Part shown: piece by piece, positions 56,261 through 64,000 of the stretch | How the letters are laid out: each line of letters begins with the position of its first letter | Position numbering within the stretch: the stretch's first letter is position 1 | Source of the DNA: a virus | Taxonomy: Duplodnaviria > Caudoviricetes | Virus record (IMG/VR): IMGVR_UViG_3300014205_000007 | Coordinates: 34,090-98,089 of that record | Length of the DNA stretch: 64,000 bases | Reading direction: 5' to 3' (one strand) | Program-made: the position numbers and the translations under genes | Notes under the pieces: model-generated | Told to the model about the DNA's origin: nothing | Database searches by the model: none | The model's input: the letters and a program-made list of their open reading frames with translations, nothing else

Positions 56261-56602
56261 ATGAAGCTATTCGCCCAAGGGGACGTTTTGTTGGAGCTTG
56301 TTGACGACGCCGAGCCGACAACACCCATCGGAGTCGACCCCGATGGCGCCGTGGTTCTCGCCCGCGGTGAAGTCACGGGACACCGCCACGCTTTTTATGG
56401 CGGGCAGGTGCTTATGTTCCGCGATGACGGCCTCGCTCACGGAGTCCCGCCAGAACTCTACATCGGACACATCAAGATTGCAGACGTGTCTGCCGAGTTG
56501 AGACACGAGGAGCACGCCACCATCACTCTCCCGAAGGGAACCTATCGGGTTCGTCGCCAACGTGAGTTTGATGCTGGCGAAGTCCGCGTGGTGGCAGACT
56601 AA
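56261..56602 (+). CDS. conserved phage protein (QGDV...GEVTGHxH...HEEH family)
   Basis: motif; usual partner of DUF6745 genes. Confidence 0.7.
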   Translation: MKLFAQGDVLLELVDDAEPTTPIGVDPDGAVVLARGEVTGHRHAFYGGQVLMFRDDGLAHGVPPELYIGHIKIADVSAELRHEEHATITLPKGTYRVRRQREFDAGEVRVVAD

Positions 56603-57744
56603 TGGAGCAGATTACCAAAATAACGCCAGAGCAAGCGGCACGTTTTGCCGAATGGGCGAAGGAGTGGATAGCTATTGGACTATCTACGGAACCGGCCGAT
56701 TTTGACAAGGCGACCGATGCGGCGTTGCACTCGTATGCACTGTTAAATCTATCCCGACCAAAAGTCATTCTGCGCATGTCGTCTCCGTACGGGGCAACAT
56801 TGGGCGGCGCATTCGCTTGGGGATTGCTTCGCGAGATGAAGCAGCAGGTCCGGTCGCATGTCCGGTCGCAGGTCGAGTCGCAGGTCGAGTCGCAGGTCGA
56901 GTCGCAGGTCCGGTCGCAGGTCTGGTCGCAGGTCTGGTCGCAGGTCGAGTCGCAGGTCCGGTCGCAGGTCCGGTCGCAGGTCCGGTCGCAGGTCGAGTCG
57001 CAGGTCGAGTCGCAGGTCCGGTCGCAGGTCTGGTCGCGGGTCCGGTCGCAGGTCCGGTCGCAGGTCCGGTCGCAGGTCGAGTCGCATGTCGGGTCGCAGG
57101 TCGGGTCCGCAACTTCTAATGACTACGGAGGCGCCTTCTGGGCCTCTTGGGGTGCTTATGTATCATTTATGCGCGACGTCCTTGGGTGGCGTGGGGATAC
57201 GCTAGACCGCTTCTCAATTGACGAAGATCTAATTCGGTCGTGCGGGTGGGTCTGGTGGCACGAAGACGTGCTCGCGATTTCAGATCGGCCGAGTGAAATT
57301 CACCGCGATGAGCGGGGGCGCCTCCACAACGAAAAAGGCCCGTCAATGGCCTATAGAGACGGATGGCGGTTATGGCACTGGCACGGCATTCCCGTCCCAG
57401 AAAGCGTGATCCTGAACCCGGAAAAGATTACAAGCTCACAAATCGACAAAGAAGCCAATGCAGAAGTCCGCCGCGTCATGATTGAACGATACGGATATGG
57501 GAGATACCTTGCAAAGTCCCCCATCATTCATGAGGATGAAACTGGGAAGTTGCGCAAGCGTAGAAATAAGAAGGGCGACGAAATTGCGGTTGTCGAGGTC
57601 ATTAACGGAACACCTGAGCCAGACGGAAGTCGGAATAGGTATTTTCTAAGCGTCCCCCCAGAGTGCGCTACGGCATGTGAGGCAGTTGCATGGACTTACG
57701 GTCTATCGGCAAAAGAATATGAGGCGTTGCAGGTTAGGACGTAA
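56602..57744 (+). CDS. DUF6745-like protein with SQV(R/E/W) tetrapeptide repeats
   Basis: SCGWVW...SDRP...RLH..GP..YRDGW; [10 protein letters not shown]; YFLSVPP...AVAWTYG. Confidence 0.75.
   Translation: MEQITKITPEQAARFAEWAKEWIAIGLSTEPADFDKATDAALHSYALLNLSRPKVILRMSSPYGATLGGAFAWGLLREMKQQVRSHVRSQVESQVESQVESQVRSQVWSQVWSQVESQVRSQVRSQVRSQVESQVESQVRSQVWSRVRSQVRSQVRSQVESHVGSQVGSATSNDYGGAFWASWGAYVSFMRDVLGWRGDTLDRFSIDEDLIRSCGWVWWHEDVLAISDRPSEIHRDERGRLHNEKGPSMAYRDGWRLWHWHGIPVPESVILNPEKITSSQIDKEANAEVRRVMIERYGYGRYLAKSPIIHEDETGKLRKRRNKKGDEIAVVEVINGTPEPDGSRNRYFLSVPPECATACEAVAWTYGLSAKEYEALQVRT
56842..57105 (+). repeat. 22 tandem 12-bp coding repeats TCGCAGGTC(CGG/GAG/TGG)
   Basis: directly visible. Confidence 0.95.
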
Positions 57745-58007
57745 CCGCGGGGTTGACGCCGTCAAGTCACGGACTTGACGGCTACCTCGCAAAGGGCTCG
57801 GTAGAGCCTTCGGCTCTGAGTGAAGGGGTAGGCTTGTGGATTGGGGTCGGATCACAAAGGCTATGGCCGATCTGGCGAACGCCGAGGATGGGACCGCAGC
57901 ATGGGTCGCCACGCATAGGCTCCCGGAGTGGGAGAAGGATTTCATTAACGCCCTGTCCGCTTTGATCGACAGGGAGGTCGCTAGGGTTACGCGAGAGGAG
58001 TAAGAGA

Positions 58008-58808
58008 ATGTCCGCCGCAAAGAAGACCACAGAGATTACCACTGTAGAGCATCAGATGCCTACACCCCAGCATTCAGGGGAAGGCGGAACCATCCTCGCC
58101 ATGATCGAGAAGGTTCTGACCATCCCGGACTTCCCGGTGGAGAAGCTGGAAAGGTTGTTTGACCTGCACCAGAAGGCGCAGGCCGACAGTGCCCGTAAAG
58201 CGTATCTAGCCGATCTCGCCCTGATGCAGCCAGAACTTCCTGTGATCGAGAAAAAGGGCACCATCAACACCAACGAAAAGGACAAGCAGGGCAACAAGAC
58301 CGGCAAGCAGATCAAGCAGAGTTCCTATGCCCGATGGGAAGACGTGGTGGAAAGCATCCGCCCCGTCATGGCCAAGTACGGCTTCTCAATTTCCTTCAAG
58401 GTAGACCAGACAGACCCGGCTCGGATTGCGGTCACGGGAACGTTGGGGCACCGCGACGGACACACAGAATCCACCACCATGTCACTGCCGCTAGATTCAT
58501 CTGGCTCAAAGAACAACGTGCAGGGATGGGGAAGCTCGGTCAGTTACGGCAAAAGATACGTGGCGTTCGCGTTGCTTAATGTCGTCGCCCGAGGGGAAGA
58601 CGACGATGGCGCAAAGGCAGGTCAAGAGTTCGTCACGGATGAACAGGCTAATACGCTCTTGCTTCTCATCAAAGAGACGAATTCCGACCCCAAGCAGTTC
58701 TTGGACATCCAGGGCGTGGAAAACGTGTCCGACATCCTTGCTTCTAGCTTCGGGTCCGCGGAAAGATTGCTTCTGGCGAAGAAGCGTAAGCTGGGAGCGC
58801 CGGTATGA
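58008..58808 (+). CDS. erf: ERF-family ssDNA annealing protein
   Basis: YARWEDV, L.HRDGH, VQGWGSSVSYGKRY...EDDDG. Confidence 0.88.
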   Translation: MSAAKKTTEITTVEHQMPTPQHSGEGGTILAMIEKVLTIPDFPVEKLERLFDLHQKAQADSARKAYLADLALMQPELPVIEKKGTINTNEKDKQGNKTGKQIKQSSYARWEDVVESIRPVMAKYGFSISFKVDQTDPARIAVTGTLGHRDGHTESTTMSLPLDSSGSKNNVQGWGSSVSYGKRYVAFALLNVVARGEDDDGAKAGQEFVTDEQANTLLLLIKETNSDPKQFLDIQGVENVSDILASSFGSAERLLLAKKRKLGAPV

Positions 58809-59470
58809 GGTGTGGCCGGATCATTGAGTGCTCTCAGGGCACGCCAGAATGGCACGCTGCACGATGTGGGCGGGTGAGCGGATCGCGCATCGCGGACGTG
58901 ACCGCTAAGGGCAAGGGGAGTGCTCCCAGCGTGACGCGGGCCAATTACCTTGCCGAGGTCGCCGCCGAGCGATTGACCGGGCTCCAGGAGCCAGGAGGGT
59001 TTCAATCCGCAGCTATGCGTGACGGCAAGGATCGCGAGCCAAAAGCGCGCGGCCTCTACGCCTTCCTGCATTGTAACGTGCCCGTCTCAACGGTCGGCTT
59101 TGTCTTGCACCCTACATTCGAAATGGCCGGTGCATCTCCAGACACACTGATCGGAGATGAAGGGCTGGCCGAGCATAAGTGCCCCCTCATTGCCACGCAT
59201 ATGGATTGGCTGCTCGGAGGCTCCGTTGATGGGCGCTACCTCAAGCAAATGCAATGGCAAATGGCATGTACGGGAAGGCTATGGACTGATTTTGTGTCCT
59301 ATCATCCGTCGCTGCCTTTTGAGATGCAACTTCATGTGCGCCGCATACCCCGTGACGACGCGATGATCGCTGACCTAGAAAAAGAGGTGCAAGCCTTCCT
59401 GCGGGAAGTGGATGAGCGGGTAGATAAGCTAAGGAAGCTCTACCCCGGTAGTGTATCGGAGGCGGCATAG
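58805..59470 (+). CDS. YqaJ/lambda-exonuclease family protein
   Basis: QGTPEWHAARCGRVSGS, GASPD, EHKCP, QMQWQM. Confidence 0.9.
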   Translation: MRCGRIIECSQGTPEWHAARCGRVSGSRIADVTAKGKGSAPSVTRANYLAEVAAERLTGLQEPGGFQSAAMRDGKDREPKARGLYAFLHCNVPVSTVGFVLHPTFEMAGASPDTLIGDEGLAEHKCPLIATHMDWLLGGSVDGRYLKQMQWQMACTGRLWTDFVSYHPSLPFEMQLHVRRIPRDDAMIADLEKEVQAFLREVDERVDKLRKLYPGSVSEAA

Positions 59471-59680
59471 ATGTGGAAGCCTATTTCTCAGTACCCGACC
59501 ACTCCAGGAGATCAAGGCCCAATCGTGCTGGCCCGGACCAAGGAAAAAGAACCGTTCCTGGTGGTCTACGTAGAGGGGCAGTTCTACGAGTGCCCCGCGT
59601 CACCGATTTACTACGGCAACAGACAATGGGGAAATCGAACAGTTAGCGGCCTCGTGGAGTTCATGGAGATACCGGCATGA
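59471..59680 (+). CDS. hypothetical protein
   Basis: GGAGG RBS. Confidence 0.5.
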   Translation: MWKPISQYPTTPGDQGPIVLARTKEKEPFLVVYVEGQFYECPASPIYYGNRQWGNRTVSGLVEFMEIPA

Positions 59681-59868
59681 GGTATTATGTGTGGTACTCC
59701 ACCGGCCCATACGACGGTCATGAGTTCGTCAGTTTCGAGACGGAAAAGCAGGTGGTTGACTTGCTAAACCTATATGCCTCGAACACCCAATTCAAATTCG
59801 ACGTAATCTATGGCTCCGAGGTTAAGTTCAAGCCAGTGGACGTCGTCAAAGCATATGAAAAGGCGTAG
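59677..59868 (+). CDS. hypothetical protein
   Basis: ATGA coupling. Confidence 0.5.
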   Translation: MRYYVWYSTGPYDGHEFVSFETEKQVVDLLNLYASNTQFKFDVIYGSEVKFKPVDVVKAYEKA

Positions 59869-59871
59869 CCG

Positions 59872-60183
59872 ATGGGTAACAACGTCGTCGCAGTTCTCTA
59901 TACCGACATGCTGAAGGAAATGGAAAGCCCATCGGCGGGTCGGCGTCTACACGAGGGCGTCCTGTCTCTACTCAACAACCGCGAGCCGTTGAAAGGCTAC
60001 ATGGGATTTGGCAACGCCTTCTCGTGGGATCATTCTTCAGCCTATCAGGTCTGCGTTGTCGGTCGAAATTCGGGCTGGCGGGTTGGCTACAATACCGAGG
60101 TCCCGCCCGAAGTGCTGGACGCCATCGTCCAAGCCCTGAAAAACAGGGGCTACAAGGTGGCGAGTCCGAAGGCAAAAGCATGA
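59872..60183 (+). CDS. hypothetical protein
   Basis: in operon. Confidence 0.5.
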   Translation: MGNNVVAVLYTDMLKEMESPSAGRRLHEGVLSLLNNREPLKGYMGFGNAFSWDHSSAYQVCVVGRNSGWRVGYNTEVPPEVLDAIVQALKNRGYKVASPKAKA

Positions 60184-60434
60184 ACATACTCATCGGCCAT
60201 GACGGGCCGTTTCTATTGAACGGTCTGCACGTCCTGGTAACCGACAACGCAACAGCGGAACTGCCGCCAGAACGCTGGGACTGGTCACGCTGCCGTTCTC
60301 CATCGAGAGCCAAAAGACGTCGCTCCATGAAATGGGTCATCACGAGAGATCCTGCCTGCTATCAGGTCGGACATCGGCTGTTGGTTCACCCGACCCTGTG
60401 GCTTCAAATTCAAGATAAACTGGAGAACGCATGA
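60180..60434 (+). CDS. hypothetical protein
   Basis: ATGA coupling; DWSRCRSPSRAKRR...LLVHP. Confidence 0.5.
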   Translation: MNILIGHDGPFLLNGLHVLVTDNATAELPPERWDWSRCRSPSRAKRRRSMKWVITRDPACYQVGHRLLVHPTLWLQIQDKLENA

Positions 60435-60537
60435 CCGAGACTCAAATCATCCTGTGGAGCATGCGTGGTTGGGTCTTCTCCTCTGCTCTGGAGGGGCGTT
60501 CGCTGCAGGTCAAGTGGACTGGGCGGTCTCACTGTAA

Positions 60538-61098
60538 GTGCTGCGGAGCGAGACTTTGACATCTATATCCGCCCGCGCCCTTGCTGCCTCTAATCCTCAA
60601 CCGCAGGCCAAAAAGCCAAAGCCAAAAGAACTATGCCCGACCTGCAAACAAGTCGTTCCGCATCCAAGAAATTACGAAAGACATAAGGCCCTTTTTGGTC
60701 TACTGCGCCCAGCGTTTTACTATTGGCCAGACCCGGATGTAGTGGAGTTCAGGCCCAACGACACCGAGCACCTTCGCTCATGGCTGTTGGTAAAAGCAAA
60801 ATGGTGTGAGCATGAAGACTTGAAAATTTCCGGCCAGTCGAAAAAGTACGCTATGATTATGGCCATGGCGTTCATGAACCGTAAGCGGGCCAAGGCCGCC
60901 GTAGACTTTGAGGAACTGCCAGACGGCATTCGAGCCTACTGGCCAAAGTCGGTAGCGTACACAAAATGTAGTGAGTCACAGTTTATCAAGGTCATAAACG
61001 ACGTCACGGAAATCGTTGAATCGATCATAGGCGTAGACGTTAAGCAGATGCGCGAGAACTACAAGCGAGACGTGGCTGATACGGAAAGTGAGACATGA
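60538..61098 (+). CDS. NinB/DUF1367-like protein
   Basis: RNYERHKALFGLL, LRSWLLVKA, PKSVAY. Confidence 0.55.
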   Translation: MLRSETLTSISARALAASNPQPQAKKPKPKELCPTCKQVVPHPRNYERHKALFGLLRPAFYYWPDPDVVEFRPNDTEHLRSWLLVKAKWCEHEDLKISGQSKKYAMIMAMAFMNRKRAKAAVDFEELPDGIRAYWPKSVAYTKCSESQFIKVINDVTEIVESIIGVDVKQMRENYKRDVADTESET

Positions 61099-61358
61099 AC
61101 GCAATGGAAGGCCGCATCGGCCGGTTTCCCGTGGACTTGGATTTGGGCGAAAGCTCTATTCGAGCGGCAGCGTCGATGATGAGCGCTCGCGTGGAGGAGC
61201 TAACTATCTTCGCTTGCTCCATCGTATCTGGGGACCTAGATAAATACGACCATCTGAAGTGCAAGTTTGTAATGGTTCCTCCCCAACTCATGGCCAATAA
61301 GTATGCATGGGCTGCTCTTTGTCGCGATATGATGGTCTGGTCCGATCCGACCAATTAA
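61095..61358 (+). CDS. hypothetical protein
   Basis: ATGA coupling. Confidence 0.45.
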   Translation: MNAMEGRIGRFPVDLDLGESSIRAAASMMSARVEELTIFACSIVSGDLDKYDHLKCKFVMVPPQLMANKYAWAALCRDMMVWSDPTN

Positions 61359-61368
61359 GGTGTAGGCG

Positions 61369-61818
61369 ATGGCCCAGTTCATCAAACCCCCAGGCTACGG
61401 AGAGCCTAACTTCAAACCGTCGCGGTCTGAACGCGAAAAGGCGAAGCGTAACCATAAGTCTGCCCAGGAGCGCCGAGAGGGCAACTGCGACAGGCACAGA
61501 GCCATGGTTAAGCGGTTGCCGTGCGTCGTGTGCTGGAAGGCACCCCCGAATGACGGCCACCACATGAAAAGCACGGTCAGGGCACGTAATGAGCGGGGCA
61601 TGGGCATGAGGGCGACAGACCGAAATCTCGTCCCGTTGTGTCGAAAACATCATGACGACTTGGAGAGCTACGGATCAACCAGGGAGATGGAATGGTTTCT
61701 TGCTCAACAAGTAGAGGACCCGGAGGGGTTGGCCGAGAATCTATATAATGCTCCGCTCGATGTTCGGATAAGAACAGCCATCGTCGCAGCACATCGTGGG
61801 TTGAAGGTCAAGATATGA
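61369..61818 (+). CDS. DUF968-like HNH-fold protein
   Basis: LPCVVC...DGHH...GMGMRATD..LVPLCRKHH. Confidence 0.7.
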   Translation: MAQFIKPPGYGEPNFKPSRSEREKAKRNHKSAQERREGNCDRHRAMVKRLPCVVCWKAPPNDGHHMKSTVRARNERGMGMRATDRNLVPLCRKHHDDLESYGSTREMEWFLAQQVEDPEGLAENLYNAPLDVRIRTAIVAAHRGLKVKI

Positions 61819-62267
61819 TCCTATCAGGTCAATCCATTCGTAAGCGTGGGATTATTTCACCTTTTAGCGAGCGGCAAAAGTTTGCCGGAATGAGCTACGG
61901 ACTCGGTCCAGCGGGGTACGACGTGCGCATCGCGCAGACATTGAGGCTTGGAGCAGGCCAATCAGCGCTCGCGTCCACCCTAGAGCATTTTGATATGCCA
62001 CGAGACGTGCTTGGAAAGGTCGCCGATAAATCTACGTGGGCGCGAAACTTTCTTGCCGTGCAGAATACCATAATTGAGCCTGGGTGGAACGGATTCTTGA
62101 CTTTAGAGCTGAGCAACCATGGGGATACCACCTTGAACATCGAGGAAGGTAGTCCAATTGCTCAGGTCATTTTTCATCTTCTGGACGAGCCAAGCGAGAA
62201 CCCGTACGCAGGAAAATACCAAGGACAAGATGCGCGGCCTGTTCCAGCCATTTTGGAGCCAGAATGA
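61815..62267 (+). CDS. dcd: dCTP deaminase/dUTPase family protein
   Basis: GYDVR, DKSTWAR, IEPGWNGFLTLELSN, PIAQ, YAGKYQGQ. Confidence 0.88.
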   Translation: MILSGQSIRKRGIISPFSERQKFAGMSYGLGPAGYDVRIAQTLRLGAGQSALASTLEHFDMPRDVLGKVADKSTWARNFLAVQNTIIEPGWNGFLTLELSNHGDTTLNIEEGSPIAQVIFHLLDEPSENPYAGKYQGQDARPVPAILEPE

Positions 62268-62488
62268 CGCTTCTGGATCAAATCGCCGTCCTTGAGGCCG
62301 TGATAAACGGCGAGCCGTATACAAACGATGACGTGGGGCAGGCGATAAAGTCACTGCACTTCTTGGAAAAGTGGGAGCCTGAGATCAGGTGCTCAATCTC
62401 CACTTGGAAGGCCGCAAGATCAGACCCCGCCATAGCCAGTATCGTCAACCAGTTTCCAGATGCAAAGATAAAGGATGGAGGCGAGTGA
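62264..62488 (+). CDS. hypothetical protein
   Basis: ATGA coupling; QFPDAKI end. Confidence 0.5.
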   Translation: MTLLDQIAVLEAVINGEPYTNDDVGQAIKSLHFLEKWEPEIRCSISTWKAARSDPAIASIVNQFPDAKIKDGGE

Positions 62489-62735
62489 AATGAGCGAGAT
62501 AGAAACAATTCCAGAGCCAGCCGAGGAGGGGCCATCCATTGCCGAGGCCCGCAACGGCGCAATGGAAATCATGGCCGATGTTCTCGAATACCTCTATGGA
62601 TCGCGAGTTGAGGACGGCGTTGAAACGCCGGCTGGGCATGCGGCTTGGGCAGCCTGGGATTTGATCCTCGCACTCACTGCGTCAGTAAACGAGAGTGAGG
62701 AAGAAATTTCAACAGAAGAGTCAAATCCCGCTTGA
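62475..62735 (+). CDS. acidic hypothetical protein
   Basis: GGAGG RBS before MSEIE. Confidence 0.45.
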   Translation: MEASEMSEIETIPEPAEEGPSIAEARNGAMEIMADVLEYLYGSRVEDGVETPAGHAAWAAWDLILALTASVNESEEEISTEESNPA

Positions 62736-63203
62736 CGCGATTAACCATGCGTTGATACAATTCGGCATACAGCGTTTGGAGAGTAAAAGTCTATGGTCTT
62801 AGTGTATTTGGACTGTTGTGGCGGTCTCAACATTTTTGAAGCGCCCAATGGCGACGTCTATCTTCACCACCCATTGGAAAACGTACTTATCGGGCCGCTA
62901 GATGCTCCCGATGATGCCCGCGAAGTGGCACATCAAGTCCTGCATTAAGAGATGCCGCGGACTTTATGTGCCGTTTGAGGGCATGAATGGGGATGGCTGC
63001 GCCTACACCCTAGACCGTAGCCAGAAGCACTCATGATTGGCATATGCAGTCCAAGCGGAGCGGGGCGGCCCGAGAGGACCTGCTATGCGGCGGGCTATTC
63101 TCTCGGGCCGATAGGGTTTTAATCCACAGCAGAGTAGTCTATAAACTCTCGGACTCTGATATAGTTCCACGTCAGATAGGGTCAATGCTAAAGGACATTT
63201 CCA

Positions 63204-63707
63204 ATGTCTGAGACAGTCGTAGAGACAGAGCATACGCCGGGACCTTGGGCAGTCTCTGACGAGCACCCAAAACGCTCCGTTCTCGAAGTTATTACCGGAC
63301 ACCATGTGATTGCCTCTCTGCACAACGCGCCGGAAGCGAACGGCAGCGGCTATTGCGAAGGCAAGAAGGACGCCGATGGCATTTGGCGCGACGACTACGT
63401 TCGGCAGGCCAACGCCCGCCTGATAGCCGCAGCGCCAGATATGAAATCGGCACTGGAGAAGCACCAGGCGTTCTTCGACAAGCTCGTGGCGCATTGCTTC
63501 GGCAGCGACGCCAGCGAGGCGGGCTCAGATCTCGACTACAGCGAGTTCCTGGAGTTCGCCGAGGCGGCCGGCCTGCTCACGACTGAGGGCTACGACCCCG
63601 ACAAGCACGGCCACGGCGCCGACAGCGCGCCCGGCGACACATGGTACGTGCCCACACACATAGGCCGCTCCGCTCTCTCCAAGGCCAAGGGAGGCGGCAA
63701 TGTCTGA
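63204..63707 (+). CDS. phage protein with HTPGPW...ANARLIAAAP motif
   Basis: motif typical of small accessory phage genes. Confidence 0.7.
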   Translation: MSETVVETEHTPGPWAVSDEHPKRSVLEVITGHHVIASLHNAPEANGSGYCEGKKDADGIWRDDYVRQANARLIAAAPDMKSALEKHQAFFDKLVAHCFGSDASEAGSDLDYSEFLEFAEAAGLLTTEGYDPDKHGHGADSAPGDTWYVPTHIGRSALSKAKGGGNV

Positions 63708-64000
63708 GACAAAGCGCACAATATCACCGGCTCACCGCATCATCCGAACCGCTCGCGACTTGGTCGCCGGCAGGGCCTTCGACTACAAGGCCCGTAACGG
63801 CCGCACGGTGGAAATCCAGGGCGACGATGGGGAGCGTTGCTTCATCGTCCATAGCGACTTCATGTTCGCCCTGGAGAACGCGCTGACGGCGTTTGACGAG
63901 AGGCTGAAAGCGAACCCGCGCGACGATGACGGGGATGCGTTCTTCCGCCTCTATGGGCTGTCGTCGGGTCACGTGCTGACCGTTGCCGATATCGACGACC
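63700..64000 (+). CDS. hypothetical protein, runs off the window edge
   Basis: GGAGG RBS, ATG at 63700, open to the end. Confidence 0.5.
   Translation, partial: MSETKRTISPAHRIIRTARDLVAGRAFDYKARNGRTVEIQGDDGERCFIVHSDFMFALENALTAFDERLKANPRDDDGDAFFRLYGLSSGHVLTVADIDD

Noticed and set aside
56842-57105. Tandem repeats as a CRISPR or guide array
   Set aside because: 12-bp in-frame coding units with no unique spacers
1-64000. tRNA, rRNA, integrase/att sites, lysis genes, tape measure, host genes
   Set aside because: None recognised by eye; they may lie outside the window, and tRNAscan/HMM searches would be needed to exclude them

Overview
The whole 64 kb window looks like the interior of one tailed dsDNA phage or phage-plasmid genome. 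No tape-measure gene is visible, so it is probably podovirus-like. The host is probably alphaproteobacterial, inferred from promoter style and the H-NS and IS1595 content. I see no host housekeeping genes, integrase, tRNA, rRNA or CRISPR array. The left ~39 kb is a minus-strand virion module: tail fibres and a tailspike, adaptors, a Mu gpT-like major capsid protein (MCP), decoration protein, scaffold, GroES-like protein, portal, TerL and TerS. It also holds two free-standing homing endonucleases, an H-NS gene and many small genes. The right part holds an HD hydrolase, a replication module (Rep with iterons, DnaB, DnaN, adenine MTase) and a recombination/nucleotide module (ERF, YqaJ, dCTP deaminase). 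A complete 3,350-bp IS1595-family element with passenger genes splits an ATP-grasp gene. Most unusual observations: (1) a full-length MCP paralog fused to a twin-arginine export signal, plus smaller mimics of the scaffold C-terminus and possibly of an MCP segment; (2) an inverted repeat upstream of a chimeric endonuclease whose arms are synonymously recoded copies of the capsid GYERY codons; (3) several structured non-coding elements, namely a long-range four-way-junction pairing enclosing two genes, a ~380-nt promoter-driven RNA, a duplicated ~75-nt leader and a counter-transcribed switch upstream of rep. All calls come from reading motifs by eye; no searches were run.
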